A DNA stretch of 64,000 bases from Blastocatellia bacterium (GTDB lineage: Bacteria; Acidobacteriota; Blastocatellia; Pyrinomonadales; Pyrinomonadaceae), in contig JAWVFT010000047.1 of NCBI GenBank assembly GCA_033855775.1, forward strand, positions 4,263-68,262. The letters run 5' to 3'. A model generated the notes under the pieces. It made no database searches, was not told the DNA's origin, and saw only the letters and a program-made list of their open reading frames with translations. A program made the translations under genes and the position numbers. Of the stretch, positions 18,050-26,786 are shown piece after piece. The first letter of the stretch is position 1. Every line of letters begins with the position of its first letter.

Positions 18050-18157
18050 AGTCTTTCATCGTCATTAGTTTCGAAGCGGCGGAAATCATCTTCTGCTCTC
18101 GCTTCGGATGCGCGTCCCGTGCTAGTTTAGAAGGAAAAAGTAAGGAGTCCAAAGGCA

Positions 18158-19306
18158 GTGGATTTTGAACTGACGGAAGAGCAGCGAATGGCGCAAACGT
18201 CTGTCCGCGAATTTGTGGCGGGCGAGATTGCGCCGCGCGCCAAGGAATACGACGAGCAGGCGCGTTTTCCGCGCGAGCAGTTGAAAGGACTGGCGGAGCT
18301 TGGCTTGCTCGGAATGATTATTCCTGAAGAGTGGGGCGGGGCGGGCTTCGACACGGTGGCTTACGCGCTGGCCCTCGAAGAGATTGCGCGGGCCGACGCT
18401 TCCGTCTGCGTCATCGTCGGCGTCACCAACTCCGTCTGCTGCTACCCGCTGCTGAGTTTCGGGACTGAAGAGCAGAAGCATAAATATCTAAAGCCGCTGG
18501 CGAAGGGAGAGATGCTCGGCGCGTTCTGCTTATCAGAGCCGCAAGCCGGGTCGGACGCGACTGCCTTGCGGACGCGCGCCGTGCGCGACGGCGACGCTTA
18601 CGTTATCAACGGCACGAAGTCGTGGGTCACGAGCGGCGGCGAAGCGCAGGTTTACATCGTCATGGCCGTGACGAATCGTGAGGCGGGGAAGAACGGCGTG
18701 ACGACGTTTATCGTCGAAGGCGATAGTCCGGGCCTGAGCGTCTCCTCGATTGAGCACAAGATGGGACAGCGCGCCTCGCAGACCGCCGAGATGAGTTTCA
18801 CGGACGTGCGCGTGCCTGCCGCAAACGTTCTCGGCGGCGAGGGCAACGGGCTGCGCGTCGCCTTCAACAGTCTGGACAACGGGCGCATCGGCATCGGCGC
18901 GCTCTCGACAGGCATCGCGCAGGGCGCGTTTGAAGAGTCGCTGAAATATTCAAAAGAGCGGCAGGCGTTCGGCCAGCCGATTGCGGAGTTTCAAGCTATC
19001 CAATTTAAGCTCGCCAACATGGCGACGGAGATTGACGCCGCCAGATTGCTGACGCTGCGCGCCGCCGCCATGAAGGACGCCGGAGGCAAGCAGTCAGGCT
19101 TCTACGCGGCGATGGCCAAGCTGTTCGCCTCGGAGGCGGCCAACCGCGTCTGCGCAGACGCCGTGCAGATTCACGGCGGCAACGGCTACTCGCGCGACTA
19201 TCCGGTCGAACGCATGTACCGCGACGCGCGCGTCACCACCATCTACGAAGGAACCAGCGAGATTCAACGCATCGTCATCTCGCGGGAAATCTTAAAGAAG
19301 GGATGA
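18158..19306 (+). CDS. acyl-CoA dehydrogenase (short/medium-chain type)
   Basis: MDFELTEEQ start, CLSEPQAGSD, and the YEGTSEIQR C-terminal signature. AAGGAG lies upstream of the GTG start. Confidence 0.92.
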   Translation: MDFELTEEQRMAQTSVREFVAGEIAPRAKEYDEQARFPREQLKGLAELGLLGMIIPEEWGGAGFDTVAYALALEEIARADASVCVIVGVTNSVCCYPLLSFGTEEQKHKYLKPLAKGEMLGAFCLSEPQAGSDATALRTRAVRDGDAYVINGTKSWVTSGGEAQVYIVMAVTNREAGKNGVTTFIVEGDSPGLSVSSIEHKMGQRASQTAEMSFTDVRVPAANVLGGEGNGLRVAFNSLDNGRIGIGALSTGIAQGAFEESLKYSKERQAFGQPIAEFQAIQFKLANMATEIDAARLLTLRAAAMKDAGGKQSGFYAAMAKLFASEAANRVCADAVQIHGGNGYSRDYPVERMYRDARVTTIYEGTSEIQRIVISREILKKG

Positions 19307-19307
19307 A

Positions 19308-19427
19308 GGATGACGAACGACAGCGCGTGAGGGATGAAAGATGAGCGATAACTGATTGCTCGTCAACGGCGCGGTTGAATCAAGCATTCGACTGCTTTCA
19401 TCCTTCACGCGCTGCCGCTCGTCATCC
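19308..19427. repeat. hairpin with 33-nt arms (30/33 complementary) built from GATGA-type words, 54-nt loop
   Basis: GGATGACGAACGACAGCGCGTGAGGGATGAAAG (19308-19340) faces CTTTCATCCTTCACGCGCTGCCGCTCGTCATCC (19395-19427). It starts 2 nt after the acyl-CoA dehydrogenase stop. Confidence 0.8.
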
Positions 19428-19436
19428 GTTAAGAAA

Positions 19437-20015
19437 TTGGCTGAGAGAACCGAAGCCTGGGAGTTGCTGTGCGAGTACACGAAGGGCGACAGCCTGCGCA
19501 AGCATGGGCGGGCGGTCGAGCTTGCGATGCGCGCTTGCGCCGCGCGTTACGGCGAGGCTGAAGCCGACGTGGAAGAGTGGGGCATGGTCGGACTCCTGCA
19601 CGACTTTGATTACGAGATGTTTCCGACGGCTGACGAGCATCCGTTCAAGGGCGCGACGATTATGTGCGGTCGTGGCTATCCCGACCGGATGATACGTGCG
19701 ATTATGGGCCACGCGACTTACACGGGCGTGCCGCGCGATACGGTGATGGCGCGGGCTTTGTTCGCGACCGACGAGTTGTGTGGCTTTCTGGTGGCCTGCG
19801 CGCTGGTGCGCCCGTCGCGCAGCCTAGACGATTTGGAAGTCTCTTCGGTCAAGAAAAAGTTGAAGGACAAAGCCTTCGCTCGTTCCGTCAATCGTGATGA
19901 TATTTATCAGGGAGCAACGGAACTCGGAGTCGCCTTGGACGAGCACATACGCTTCGTCATTGACGCCCTGCGGCCTCATCAAGCGGAGATTGGATTGGGG
20001 CCGCGCTCTGAATAA
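19437..20015 (+). CDS. HD-domain metal-dependent phosphohydrolase
   Basis: MAERTEAWELLCEYTKGDSLRKHGRAVELAMR..., HD motif GLLHDFDYE, and a later GHATY. The ORF-track start (19356) lies inside the hairpin loop and arm, so in-frame TTG 19437 is proposed. No clear RBS. Confidence 0.7.
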   Translation: MAERTEAWELLCEYTKGDSLRKHGRAVELAMRACAARYGEAEADVEEWGMVGLLHDFDYEMFPTADEHPFKGATIMCGRGYPDRMIRAIMGHATYTGVPRDTVMARALFATDELCGFLVACALVRPSRSLDDLEVSSVKKKLKDKAFARSVNRDDIYQGATELGVALDEHIRFVIDALRPHQAEIGLGPRSE

Positions 20016-20058
20016 AGCTTGACGACGAGAGAGAGAGTGCGCAGCGTGGCCGGAGCGT

Positions 20059-20394
20059 TTAGCCCAAGTTGCGCGGGACGGGGACGGGCGGCGTCGCGGG
20101 CGCGGGCTTCGTGTAGAATACGGAATTGAGCAGCAAGATGGTGAGGGTCAGGATGCTGGCTAAGAGCGCGGTCAGCATCGCTTGCAGGCGGCGACGACGC
20201 GCCGTATGGCGATAGACGAAGACGGAGGCCGCGACGACGGCGGCAATGGGGACGAGCAGCGCGCCGAAGGCGAAGAGCGTTGGCCGGGAGAGATTTTCAG
20301 CCGTCAGCGTCAGGCCGAAGATGAGTCCGAGGGCCGAGCCTGCGCCCACGATTGTCGCCAGCAGCGAAGCGATCACTACCAACTTCCAACGCAT
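20059..20394 (-). CDS. hypothetical small membrane protein (3 TM)
   Basis: Three hydrophobic helices (VVIASLLATIVGAGSALGLIFGL, LFAFGALLVPIAAVVAASVFVY, MLTALLASILTLTILLL). Codon bias matches the neighbouring genes. Confidence 0.5.
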   Translation of the reverse strand: MRWKLVVIASLLATIVGAGSALGLIFGLTLTAENLSRPTLFAFGALLVPIAAVVAASVFVYRHTARRRRLQAMLTALLASILTLTILLLNSVFYTKPAPATPPVPVPRNLG

Positions 20395-20506
20395 CCGTTA
20401 TCGTCCTTTTTTGACATGGGTCGCGGAACCGTCCGGCTGCTCACAAGTCGCGCTAAAGAGAGGCGGCAAACTGCGCCGTCAAGAATATCATAGCAACGGG
20501 GGAAAA

Positions 20507-20582
20507 GTGATGAACGATGAGTGACGAGCAATCGCAGTCGTTGTTATAATTGACAACGCATCGCTCATCGCTCATCGTTCGC
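20507..20582. repeat. palindrome with tandem heptamer arms (GTGATGA ACGATGA GTGACGA ... CATCGCT CATCGCT CATCGTT)
   Basis: The left arm (20507-20534) is four 7-nt words. The right arm (20559-20579) is three CATCG(C/T)T words. About 16/20 positions are complementary. The centre holds a CGTTGT/ACAACG mini-hairpin around TATAATTG. The element ends at the proline dehydrogenase ATG. Confidence 0.7.
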
Positions 20583-21512
20583 ATGCCGATTATGCTCACA
20601 AGAAACGCACTCCTTTATCTGGCGCGACAAGAGGGGCTGAAAGATTTCGCGGTTCGTTTTCGCCCATTCAAAAAAATGACGACGCGCTTTGTGGCGGGCG
20701 AGGACATAGAGGAAGCCATCGTCGCCATCCGCGACATCAACAAGCTTAACTGCGCGGCCTCCTTCGACCATCTGAACGAGTCGGTGGCGAATCAGGCCGA
20801 GACGGAAGGGGAAGTCAAAGAGTATCTCAACATTCTGGCGCGCATTGACGAGACGGGCATCCGCTCCAACGTCTCCATCAAGCTCACGCAGTTCGGCCTC
20901 GACATCGACCCGGAGTTGGCTTACAGGAACGCCCGCTCAGTCGTCGCGGATGCGGCGCGGCGCGAAAACTTCGTCCGCGTTGATATGGAGCAATCGAGCG
21001 TGACGCAGGTGACGATTGATATTTTCAAGCGGCTGCGCGCGGAGTTCGGCTTGAACGATGTCGGCATCGTCCTGCAATCCTACCTGCGGCGAACGTATGA
21101 GGACGCGCAGGAATTGTTGAAAATCCCGGCGCGCATACGCATCTGCAAGGGCGCGTACAACGAGCCGCCGGAGGTCGCCTTTCCAGACAAGAAGGATGTT
21201 GACGACAACTACGTCCGCGTGATGAAGCTGCTGCTGTCGAGCGGCACGTATCACGGGATTGCGACGCACGACCCGAAGATGATTGACGCGACCATCGAGC
21301 ACATGCAGCGCGAAAGCATCAGCAAAGAAGCCTTCGAGTTTCAAATGCTCTACGGCGTGCGCCGCGACTTGCAGGAGCAACTGGCGCGCGACGGCTACAA
21401 CGTCCGCGTCTACGTGCCGTACGGCAAACATTGGTATCCGTACTTCATGCGGCGACTGGCCGAGCGGCCCGCCAACATCTGGTTCGTGATGAAGAATATG
21501 TTGAAGGGTTAA
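20583..21512 (+). CDS. proline dehydrogenase
   Basis: Monofunctional PutA-like pattern: FVAGEDIEEAI, SIKLTQFGL, VDMEQSSVTQVTI, RICKGAYNEP, ATHDPKMI, MLYGVRRDLQ. ATG 20583 is preferred because the upstream 11 codons lie in the palindrome. Confidence 0.85.
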   Translation: MPIMLTRNALLYLARQEGLKDFAVRFRPFKKMTTRFVAGEDIEEAIVAIRDINKLNCAASFDHLNESVANQAETEGEVKEYLNILARIDETGIRSNVSIKLTQFGLDIDPELAYRNARSVVADAARRENFVRVDMEQSSVTQVTIDIFKRLRAEFGLNDVGIVLQSYLRRTYEDAQELLKIPARIRICKGAYNEPPEVAFPDKKDVDDNYVRVMKLLLSSGTYHGIATHDPKMIDATIEHMQRESISKEAFEFQMLYGVRRDLQEQLARDGYNVRVYVPYGKHWYPYFMRRLAERPANIWFVMKNMLKG

Positions 21513-21552
21513 AGGGCGGCGGAAGCGCGGGCGGGCGAGTAGAGAGTTAAAG

Positions 21553-22065
21553 ATGAACAGCGAATATGCATGGATTCTCTGGACGATATTCGGCGTGGTC
21601 TTAATCGTCGCGGAAATCTTCACGCCGGGATTCGTGCTGCTGTGGTTCGGCATCGGCGCGCTGGTCGCGGCCTTTGCCGGACTCGTCGGCGTGAACAGCC
21701 TGCCGCTCCAATTCCTGATTTTCGCAATCGTTTCGACGGCCCTCACAGCCGCCTCGCGCACCATCTTCGTCAACTACTTTTCGCGCGAAAAGAGCGGCAC
21801 GGATTTGAAGTCGGGCGTGGATTCTTTGCCGGGCCAGACGGGCATCGTCGTTTCTTCGAGCCGCGGGGCGCTCAACGAAGGCGCGGTTAAAGTCTTCGGC
21901 TCGACCTGGACGGCGTATCCGGCGGAGGGCGAAGAGCCGCTCGAAGCCGGAGAGCGCGTCGCGGTCGAGAGAGTGCAGGGCGCATCCATCTACGTTCGCC
22001 GCGTCGAGACGGGGCGCGATTGGCGCGCGCCCGCGCTGCCGGAAAAAACGGAAGAGCGTTTCTGA
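21553..22065 (+). CDS. NfeD family protein
   Basis: Two N-terminal TM helices plus a C-terminal OB-fold segment (GQTGIVVSS...GAVKVFGSTWTAYPAEGEEPLEAGERVAVERVQGASIYV). Confidence 0.75.
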   Translation: MNSEYAWILWTIFGVVLIVAEIFTPGFVLLWFGIGALVAAFAGLVGVNSLPLQFLIFAIVSTALTAASRTIFVNYFSREKSGTDLKSGVDSLPGQTGIVVSSSRGALNEGAVKVFGSTWTAYPAEGEEPLEAGERVAVERVQGASIYVRRVETGRDWRAPALPEKTEERF

Positions 22066-22185
22066 TTCTCCGTCGCAGAACTTTGCTCAGAGCTTGACTA
22101 CAGCGTTCGGTTTCCTCATCTCATCAGCGCGACTCTTCACGCGGCGTTGTCACTGCCGCGCGGGCGTTGAGTTTGCGCCAGCCCT

Positions 22186-22887
22186 TTATTCATCATATTC
22201 GCTTGAACCCTGAACCCAGATGAAAGATTGAATGTCCATCATGTCGCGCGGCTGCAAATCGCTCAGGTCGCGGCGCAAGGTGGCGGCGAACTCAAGCAGG
22301 CCCGCGTAGGTTTCCCAGGACGGCCTTGACTTGTATTGAAAGTCGAAGCTGTAGTGACGCGCGGCGATGCGCGTCACGTTCGGCTTGAGGAAGATGTGCG
22401 CGCCGGGTTGCGCGATGAATCCGAAAATCGTCACCAGCGGCCACGTCAACACTCGCGTCTGCTTGCGTGGCAGGGCTGCGACCACCTCGCACCAACGCTC
22501 AAACTTGCGCTCAATTTGTCCCGCGTCGTGAAGGAAATCATAAAGCCCTTCGGCAAAGAGACGCGCGCCGTCTGTTGTTTTAACGGCATCGCGCAGGGCC
22601 ATCTTTTCGAAGGAGAAGAGAAGATTCGTGCGCGATTCAATGCGGACGGCGCGCGCGGCGATGTCGGCAAATTCGCCTGCGCCGAGAAGCCGCTGGTAAG
22701 TGTTCCGGTCGAGCGTCTCCTGCCAACGCTCGTGCGCCTCCCATTTATAGCCGCGTTCCCATGCGACGTACTTTTCGTCCTGAAACCCTTTCGGGAAAAA
22801 CCGTAGGAACTTGCGACGGCAGTTTTGCGCGCCTGCCGATGTTTGTTCGCCCCGCGAGGTCTTGCTCGCCGTGGCCGTTCTGCTCAT
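22186..22887 (-). CDS. hypothetical cytoplasmic protein (no family recognised)
   Basis: Long ORF with non-repetitive, globular-looking composition (KFLRFFPKGFQDEKYVAWERGYKWEAHERWQ...DMMDIQSFIWVQGSSEYDE). AGGTTAAAG precedes the ATG. Confidence 0.6.
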   Translation of the reverse strand: MSRTATASKTSRGEQTSAGAQNCRRKFLRFFPKGFQDEKYVAWERGYKWEAHERWQETLDRNTYQRLLGAGEFADIAARAVRIESRTNLLFSFEKMALRDAVKTTDGARLFAEGLYDFLHDAGQIERKFERWCEVVAALPRKQTRVLTWPLVTIFGFIAQPGAHIFLKPNVTRIAARHYSFDFQYKSRPSWETYAGLLEFAATLRRDLSDLQPRDMMDIQSFIWVQGSSEYDE

Positions 22888-23135
22888 TGCTTTAACCTCC
22901 CATGTTCGATGACGCTAGACTCTGAACAACGTCAATGCCGGTTCAGCAATCTCTTTATCGCTGCGGTTAATTCGGCGGGGGCTTTTAACTTAATTAATAG
23001 CACATCGCGGCGGGCGGCAGAAGAGTCTGCGAGACGTGAAGCCGCAGCGATGAGGAAAGAAAAAGGGCGAGGCGGCGCGAATGTCTTGCGCGCCGCCTCG
23101 CTCTCTTTTTGTTTTCCCTGAAAGAGACTGTAAAG

Positions 23136-23933
23136 CTATTCGCCGTGCTGCGCCGACATGGTAAAGATGGCGGAAGGCACGACCGTCTGAAGATCATAGT
23201 TGTCAATCGTCAGGTCTGCGAGACGCTGGCCGCCCAACTTCGTGACGACGCGGAAGGGCAGCATCATGCAACTGACGCGGCGATAGTCGCTGCGCTCTTC
23301 TTCAATCAACACCTGACTGTTGTAGCGCGTCACTACGCGGTCAATCAGAAACGTGCTTTTGTTAATGTAGTAGCGAACGGTGTCCTGCTGGCTGAACTTG
23401 ACTTCGACGACGTAGTTGTTGGCTTCGTCGCGCTGGCGAACGGTGACGAGCGAGCCGTCAATGGCGCGGTTCAGAGTGTTGAAGCCCATCATCGCCCACT
23501 GGCGCGAGGCGGCCACTTCCGAGACGCGAACTTCGTTGCCCGCAATCATGCCGCCGCCGGTCGTTCCCGTGTAGACCAGAAAGGTTGGGCCGACAATCAT
23601 GCCGCCCGTCGGGCTGATGTCAAGACGACGGCGCATGTCGCGGTCTTGATAGTCCGTGATGTTGACTTTGACTTCGACCGCTCCGGCCAGCATCGATGCG
23701 CCGCTGGCCGCGAAGGCCGCCGCGTTGACAAAGCCCTGACTGCGGGCCGTGACATACTGCAAGCCTCTGTATTCGGCTCCGCCCTGCGCGACGCGCGTGA
23801 CGCTCAATAGCTCGCGTCCCGTCAAATCGTCGGCGGCAGCCGGGCGCGTCGTCGCCGGAATCGTCAGGGCGCCGACCGCCAAGAGGCAAGCGGCAAAAAC
23901 TAAAAACTTGGTTCTCAAGATGCTTCGTAACAT
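23136..23933 (-). CDS. secreted hypothetical protein
   Basis: GGAGG RBS (minus strand, about 23943-23947). Signal peptide MLRSILRTKFLVFAACLLAVGALT. The mature part is beta-rich. No family recognised. Confidence 0.65.
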   Translation of the reverse strand: MLRSILRTKFLVFAACLLAVGALTIPATTRPAAADDLTGRELLSVTRVAQGGAEYRGLQYVTARSQGFVNAAAFAASGASMLAGAVEVKVNITDYQDRDMRRRLDISPTGGMIVGPTFLVYTGTTGGGMIAGNEVRVSEVAASRQWAMMGFNTLNRAIDGSLVTVRQRDEANNYVVEVKFSQQDTVRYYINKSTFLIDRVVTRYNSQVLIEEERSDYRRVSCMMLPFRVVTKLGGQRLADLTIDNYDLQTVVPSAIFTMSAQHGE

Positions 23934-24151
23934 GGTAGGGCATTCCTCCTCAGAAATTTAGATGCGGCGCCATCCGGGCTGCTCGAACTGGCGAGCAGGC
24001 ACGACGCGCGCGGTGGGCCAGAGGGCTTAGGGACTGAGCCTCTGGAAGAAAAGTACTTGAAAGCACGCTAGTATTGACTACCACGGCGGGCAGTTTTTGC
24101 GAGCAGAGCAAGAAGCGGCTTGATTCGACGCTGTTGAAAATGACCGCGCGG

Positions 24152-24180
24152 ATGTTACCGATGGACGCGCCGGATGTCAA
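24152..24180 (-). promoter_or_regulatory. candidate sigma-70 promoter for the secreted-protein gene
   Basis: The minus strand reads TTGACA (24180-24175), 17 nt, then TAACAT (24157-24152). This implies a ~210-nt leader. Confidence 0.4.
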
Positions 24181-24534
24181 TGAATTATCTGCTGCGAAGA
24201 GCGACTTATAGTTCATCCAGTATAATGGCCGAGAAGCTCGCGCCGTTTGCTCCTTTCATGTACTAACGCGGAAACGCCGCTTGAAGTAAATCACAACGAA
24301 GCGAAAATTATTCGCGGAGCCGGAAGCAGGCTCAAGCGAGCATGACGGCGAGGCTCGCGGCCAGGATGAAGCTTGACGGCTCGCGGCCTTGAAGATATTC
24401 GACGGCGCTTGTGTCGCATGGCTCATGCGGAGAGGCGCGAGCCATGCGAGAGGCGGTTTAGGTCTGAGATGAATCGAGAGAAAGCGTCGCGGCGTCTCCA
24501 TCGCTCGCGCGACGAACGAGGCCCGCGCAGGCAG

Positions 24535-25476
24535 CTAGGTTCTTCTGCCGGGGTCTTCCGTCGTAGGCTCTGTGTCGTTGAGCGTTGTGTCTTCTTCGAG
24601 CGGCGGCAGTTCGATGGTTATCTTTTCGCTCGCCGCTTCCTGTAGGTCGTCGCCGCTGAAACGCGCGAGGACGACAGTGATGTTGTCTTCGCCGCCGCGA
24701 TTGTTGGCCTCTTCGACAAGCCCGGCGCAGGCCGCGCTCAGGTCGCCGTGCGCGTCCAGGACGATGCGCCGCATGTCTTCCGCGCGCAGTTTGCCGGACA
24801 ATCCGTCGCTGCACAGCAGCAGCATGTCGCCGCGACGAATCCGCAGGCGGCCCGTGACGGGAGCCAACTCGCTCTGCGCGCCGAGGGCTTGCAGAATGAC
24901 GTTGCGGAACATGTGCGTTTCGGCTTCGGCCTCGCTGATTTGCCCGACATCGACAAGCTGTTGGACGAGCGATTGGTCTTTGGTCGCCAGCTTGATTGTC
25001 TCGCCGCGAATGATGTAGGCGCGGCTATCGCCGACCTGCACAAGGTCGAGCATGTCGTCGCGGACGGCGGCGCCCGTGAAGGTCGCGCCCATGCCGCTGT
25101 AGCGCGAGTCTTCCTGACTTTTGTGATGGATTTTCAGGTTGGCGTAGATGGTGGCGTTGCGCAGATAGTGGCCGAGCGATTGCTCGTCTTCGCCCGCGAT
25201 GGCCTCTTCCGTGTCGCTGCCGACAATCATCTCGCGCACTTCTTCGACGGCCATGCGGCTGGCCACATCGCCCGCCAGCGCGCCGCCCATCCCATCGGAC
25301 ACGACCAGAATCAAGCCCTTTTCGCCAATCTCAAACTGGCGCAATTCGACCGGCGGCTCGCCTTCGTCCGTGCACGTCCAACTCTTGCCCGTTGATAAAT
25401 CGAGCAGGAGAAAATTGTCTTCGTTACCACGCCGTACACGACCAACGTCGGATTTTGCGTGAAGGTCTACATTCAT
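24535..25476 (-). CDS. PP2C-family Ser/Thr protein phosphatase
   Basis: MNVDLHAKSDVGRVRRGNEDNF, VSDGMGG, LCSDGL and GGEDNITVVL motifs. Confidence 0.9.
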   Translation of the reverse strand: MNVDLHAKSDVGRVRRGNEDNFLLLDLSTGKSWTCTDEGEPPVELRQFEIGEKGLILVVSDGMGGALAGDVASRMAVEEVREMIVGSDTEEAIAGEDEQSLGHYLRNATIYANLKIHHKSQEDSRYSGMGATFTGAAVRDDMLDLVQVGDSRAYIIRGETIKLATKDQSLVQQLVDVGQISEAEAETHMFRNVILQALGAQSELAPVTGRLRIRRGDMLLLCSDGLSGKLRAEDMRRIVLDAHGDLSAACAGLVEEANNRGGEDNITVVLARFSGDDLQEAASEKITIELPPLEEDTTLNDTEPTTEDPGRRT

Positions 25477-25483
25477 AAATTAA

Positions 25484-25568
25484 GTGACAAGCGATAAGCG
25501 ACAAGTGACAAGTGACAAGAGCGGACAAGATGATAACTTGTCGTTCGTCACTTGTCACTCGTCACTGC
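25484..25568. repeat. palindrome with tandem heptamer arms (GTGACAA family)
   Basis: Left arm: GTGACAA GCGATAA GCGACAA GTGACAA GTGACAA (25484-25518). Loop region: ...ATGATAA. Right arm: CTTGTCG TTCGTCA CTTGTCA CTCGTCA CTGC (25537-25568). The right arm overlaps the last 6 codons plus stop of the cystathionine-lyase-type gene. Confidence 0.8.
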
Positions 25569-26699
25569 TTTTAATGCTTGATCCAAGTCGGCGATAATGT
25601 CGTCTGTGTCTTCGATGCCCACGGAGATGCGCACCAGTCCGTCCGTGATGCCGAGACGCTCGCGCGTTTCGGGCAGCACGGAAGCGTGCGTCATCGTGGC
25701 CGGATGTGAGATCAAAGTTTCGACACCACCGAGGCTTTCCGCCAGCGTACAGAGCTTAACAGATTCTAGCACAACGCGCGCCGCTTCCAACGAGCCGACA
25801 TCGAAAGCGACCATCCCGCCGAAACCTTTTTGCTGTCGCTTGGCCAAATCGTGCTGGCGATGCGAGAGCGAGCCGGGATAGTAAATCTTCTGCACCTTCG
25901 GATGCTCTTCGAGAAACTGCGCGACGGCGCGGCCCGAACGGTCGTGCTGTTCCATCCGCAATGCCAGCGTCTTCGTTCCGCGCAGCACCAGAAAGGAATC
26001 GAACGGCGACAGAATAGCTCCGACGCTGTTCTGCACAAAGCCAATCCATTCGGCGTCCTCTTCGTTGCTTAGGACGACGATGCCGCCAATGCCGTCCGAA
26101 TGCCCGTTCAGATATTTAGTCGTGGAATGCACAACGATGTCAACGCCGAAATCGAGCGGTCGCTGCAAGTAGGGCGACATGAAAGTATTGTCGCAGACGA
26201 CGCGCGCCCCTGCGGCGTGCGCCGCGTCCGAGACGGCTTGCAAGTCCGTGACAATCATCACCGGATTGGTCGGCGTCTCGATGAAGACCATCTTCGTGTT
26301 CTCTTTGATGGCGGCTTCAACGTTCGTCACGTCCGATGTGTCAACAAAATCAAACTCGATGTTGTAGTTGGCGAGGATGCGGCTGAAGAGGCGAAACGTG
26401 CCGCCGTAAGTATTGTCGGAGACGATGACGTGCTCGCCCGCTTTGACGAGCCGCATTGTCGCGTCAATGGCCGCCATGCCGGAAGCGAAAGCGTAGCCGA
26501 AACGCGCTCCTTCGAGGGCCGCGATGTTGCGTTCAAGCGCCGCCCGCGTCGGGTTCTGCGTCCGCGCGTACTCGTAGCCCTTGTGCTTGCCCAGACCGTC
26601 CTGCTGGTAAGTCGAGGTTTGATAAATCGGCACGGTCACAGAGCCGGTCGTCGGGTCTGCTTCCTGCCCGCCATGAATTGCTGTTGTTGCGAATCCCAT
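25548..26699 (-). CDS. cystathionine gamma-lyase/gamma-synthase family PLP enzyme
   Basis: MGFATTAIHGGQ start, SGMAAI, and the PLP-lysine region HSTTKYLNGHSD. ATG 26699 is preferred because the upstream ORF-track extension crosses a palindrome. Confidence 0.88.
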   Translation of the reverse strand: MGFATTAIHGGQEADPTTGSVTVPIYQTSTYQQDGLGKHKGYEYARTQNPTRAALERNIAALEGARFGYAFASGMAAIDATMRLVKAGEHVIVSDNTYGGTFRLFSRILANYNIEFDFVDTSDVTNVEAAIKENTKMVFIETPTNPVMIVTDLQAVSDAAHAAGARVVCDNTFMSPYLQRPLDFGVDIVVHSTTKYLNGHSDGIGGIVVLSNEEDAEWIGFVQNSVGAILSPFDSFLVLRGTKTLALRMEQHDRSGRAVAQFLEEHPKVQKIYYPGSLSHRQHDLAKRQQKGFGGMVAFDVGSLEAARVVLESVKLCTLAESLGGVETLISHPATMTHASVLPETRERLGITDGLVRISVGIEDTDDIIADLDQALKAVTSDK

Positions 26700-26709
26700 A
26701 ATTAACTCG

Positions 26710-26786
26710 GTGACGAGTGGCGCATGATGAGCGACGAGTTGAAGGCAAGTCTTAAAGCTTGTCGCTCGTCCTTCATCAGTTGTCAC
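26710..26786. repeat. imperfect palindrome of GTGACGA/GATGAG words filling the spacer between the two transsulfuration genes
   Basis: GTGACGAGTGGCGCATGATGAGCGACGAGTTGAAGGCAAG faces CTTGTCGCTCGTCCTTCATCAGTTGTCAC. Complementarity is partial. Confidence 0.5.

Noticed and set aside
20937-21773. 278-aa ORF on the minus strand spanning two plus-strand genes
   Set aside because: It overlaps both the proline dehydrogenase and NfeD genes and crosses their spacer. It has shadow-ORF composition.
24315-24335. GAGCCGGAAGCAGGCTC, superficially like the SRP RNA GGAA tetraloop region
   Set aside because: It folds as a 5-bp stem with a 7-nt loop. It lacks the conserved symmetric-loop nucleotides (…AGGUCC GGAA GGAAGCAGC…) of 4.5S RNA.
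24390-24410. ATTCGACGG string reminiscent of the tmRNA 5' region
   Set aside because: There is no GGGG(C/G)UGA 5' end, no tag-peptide reading frame, and no tRNA-like T-arm/acceptor 3' end within 400 nt on either strand.
25484-25530. Heptamer tandem repeats as a possible CRISPR-like or minisatellite array
   Set aside because: The units are only 7 nt, have no spacers, and are mirrored by a complementary arm. They are hairpin arms, not an array. No cas genes are present.
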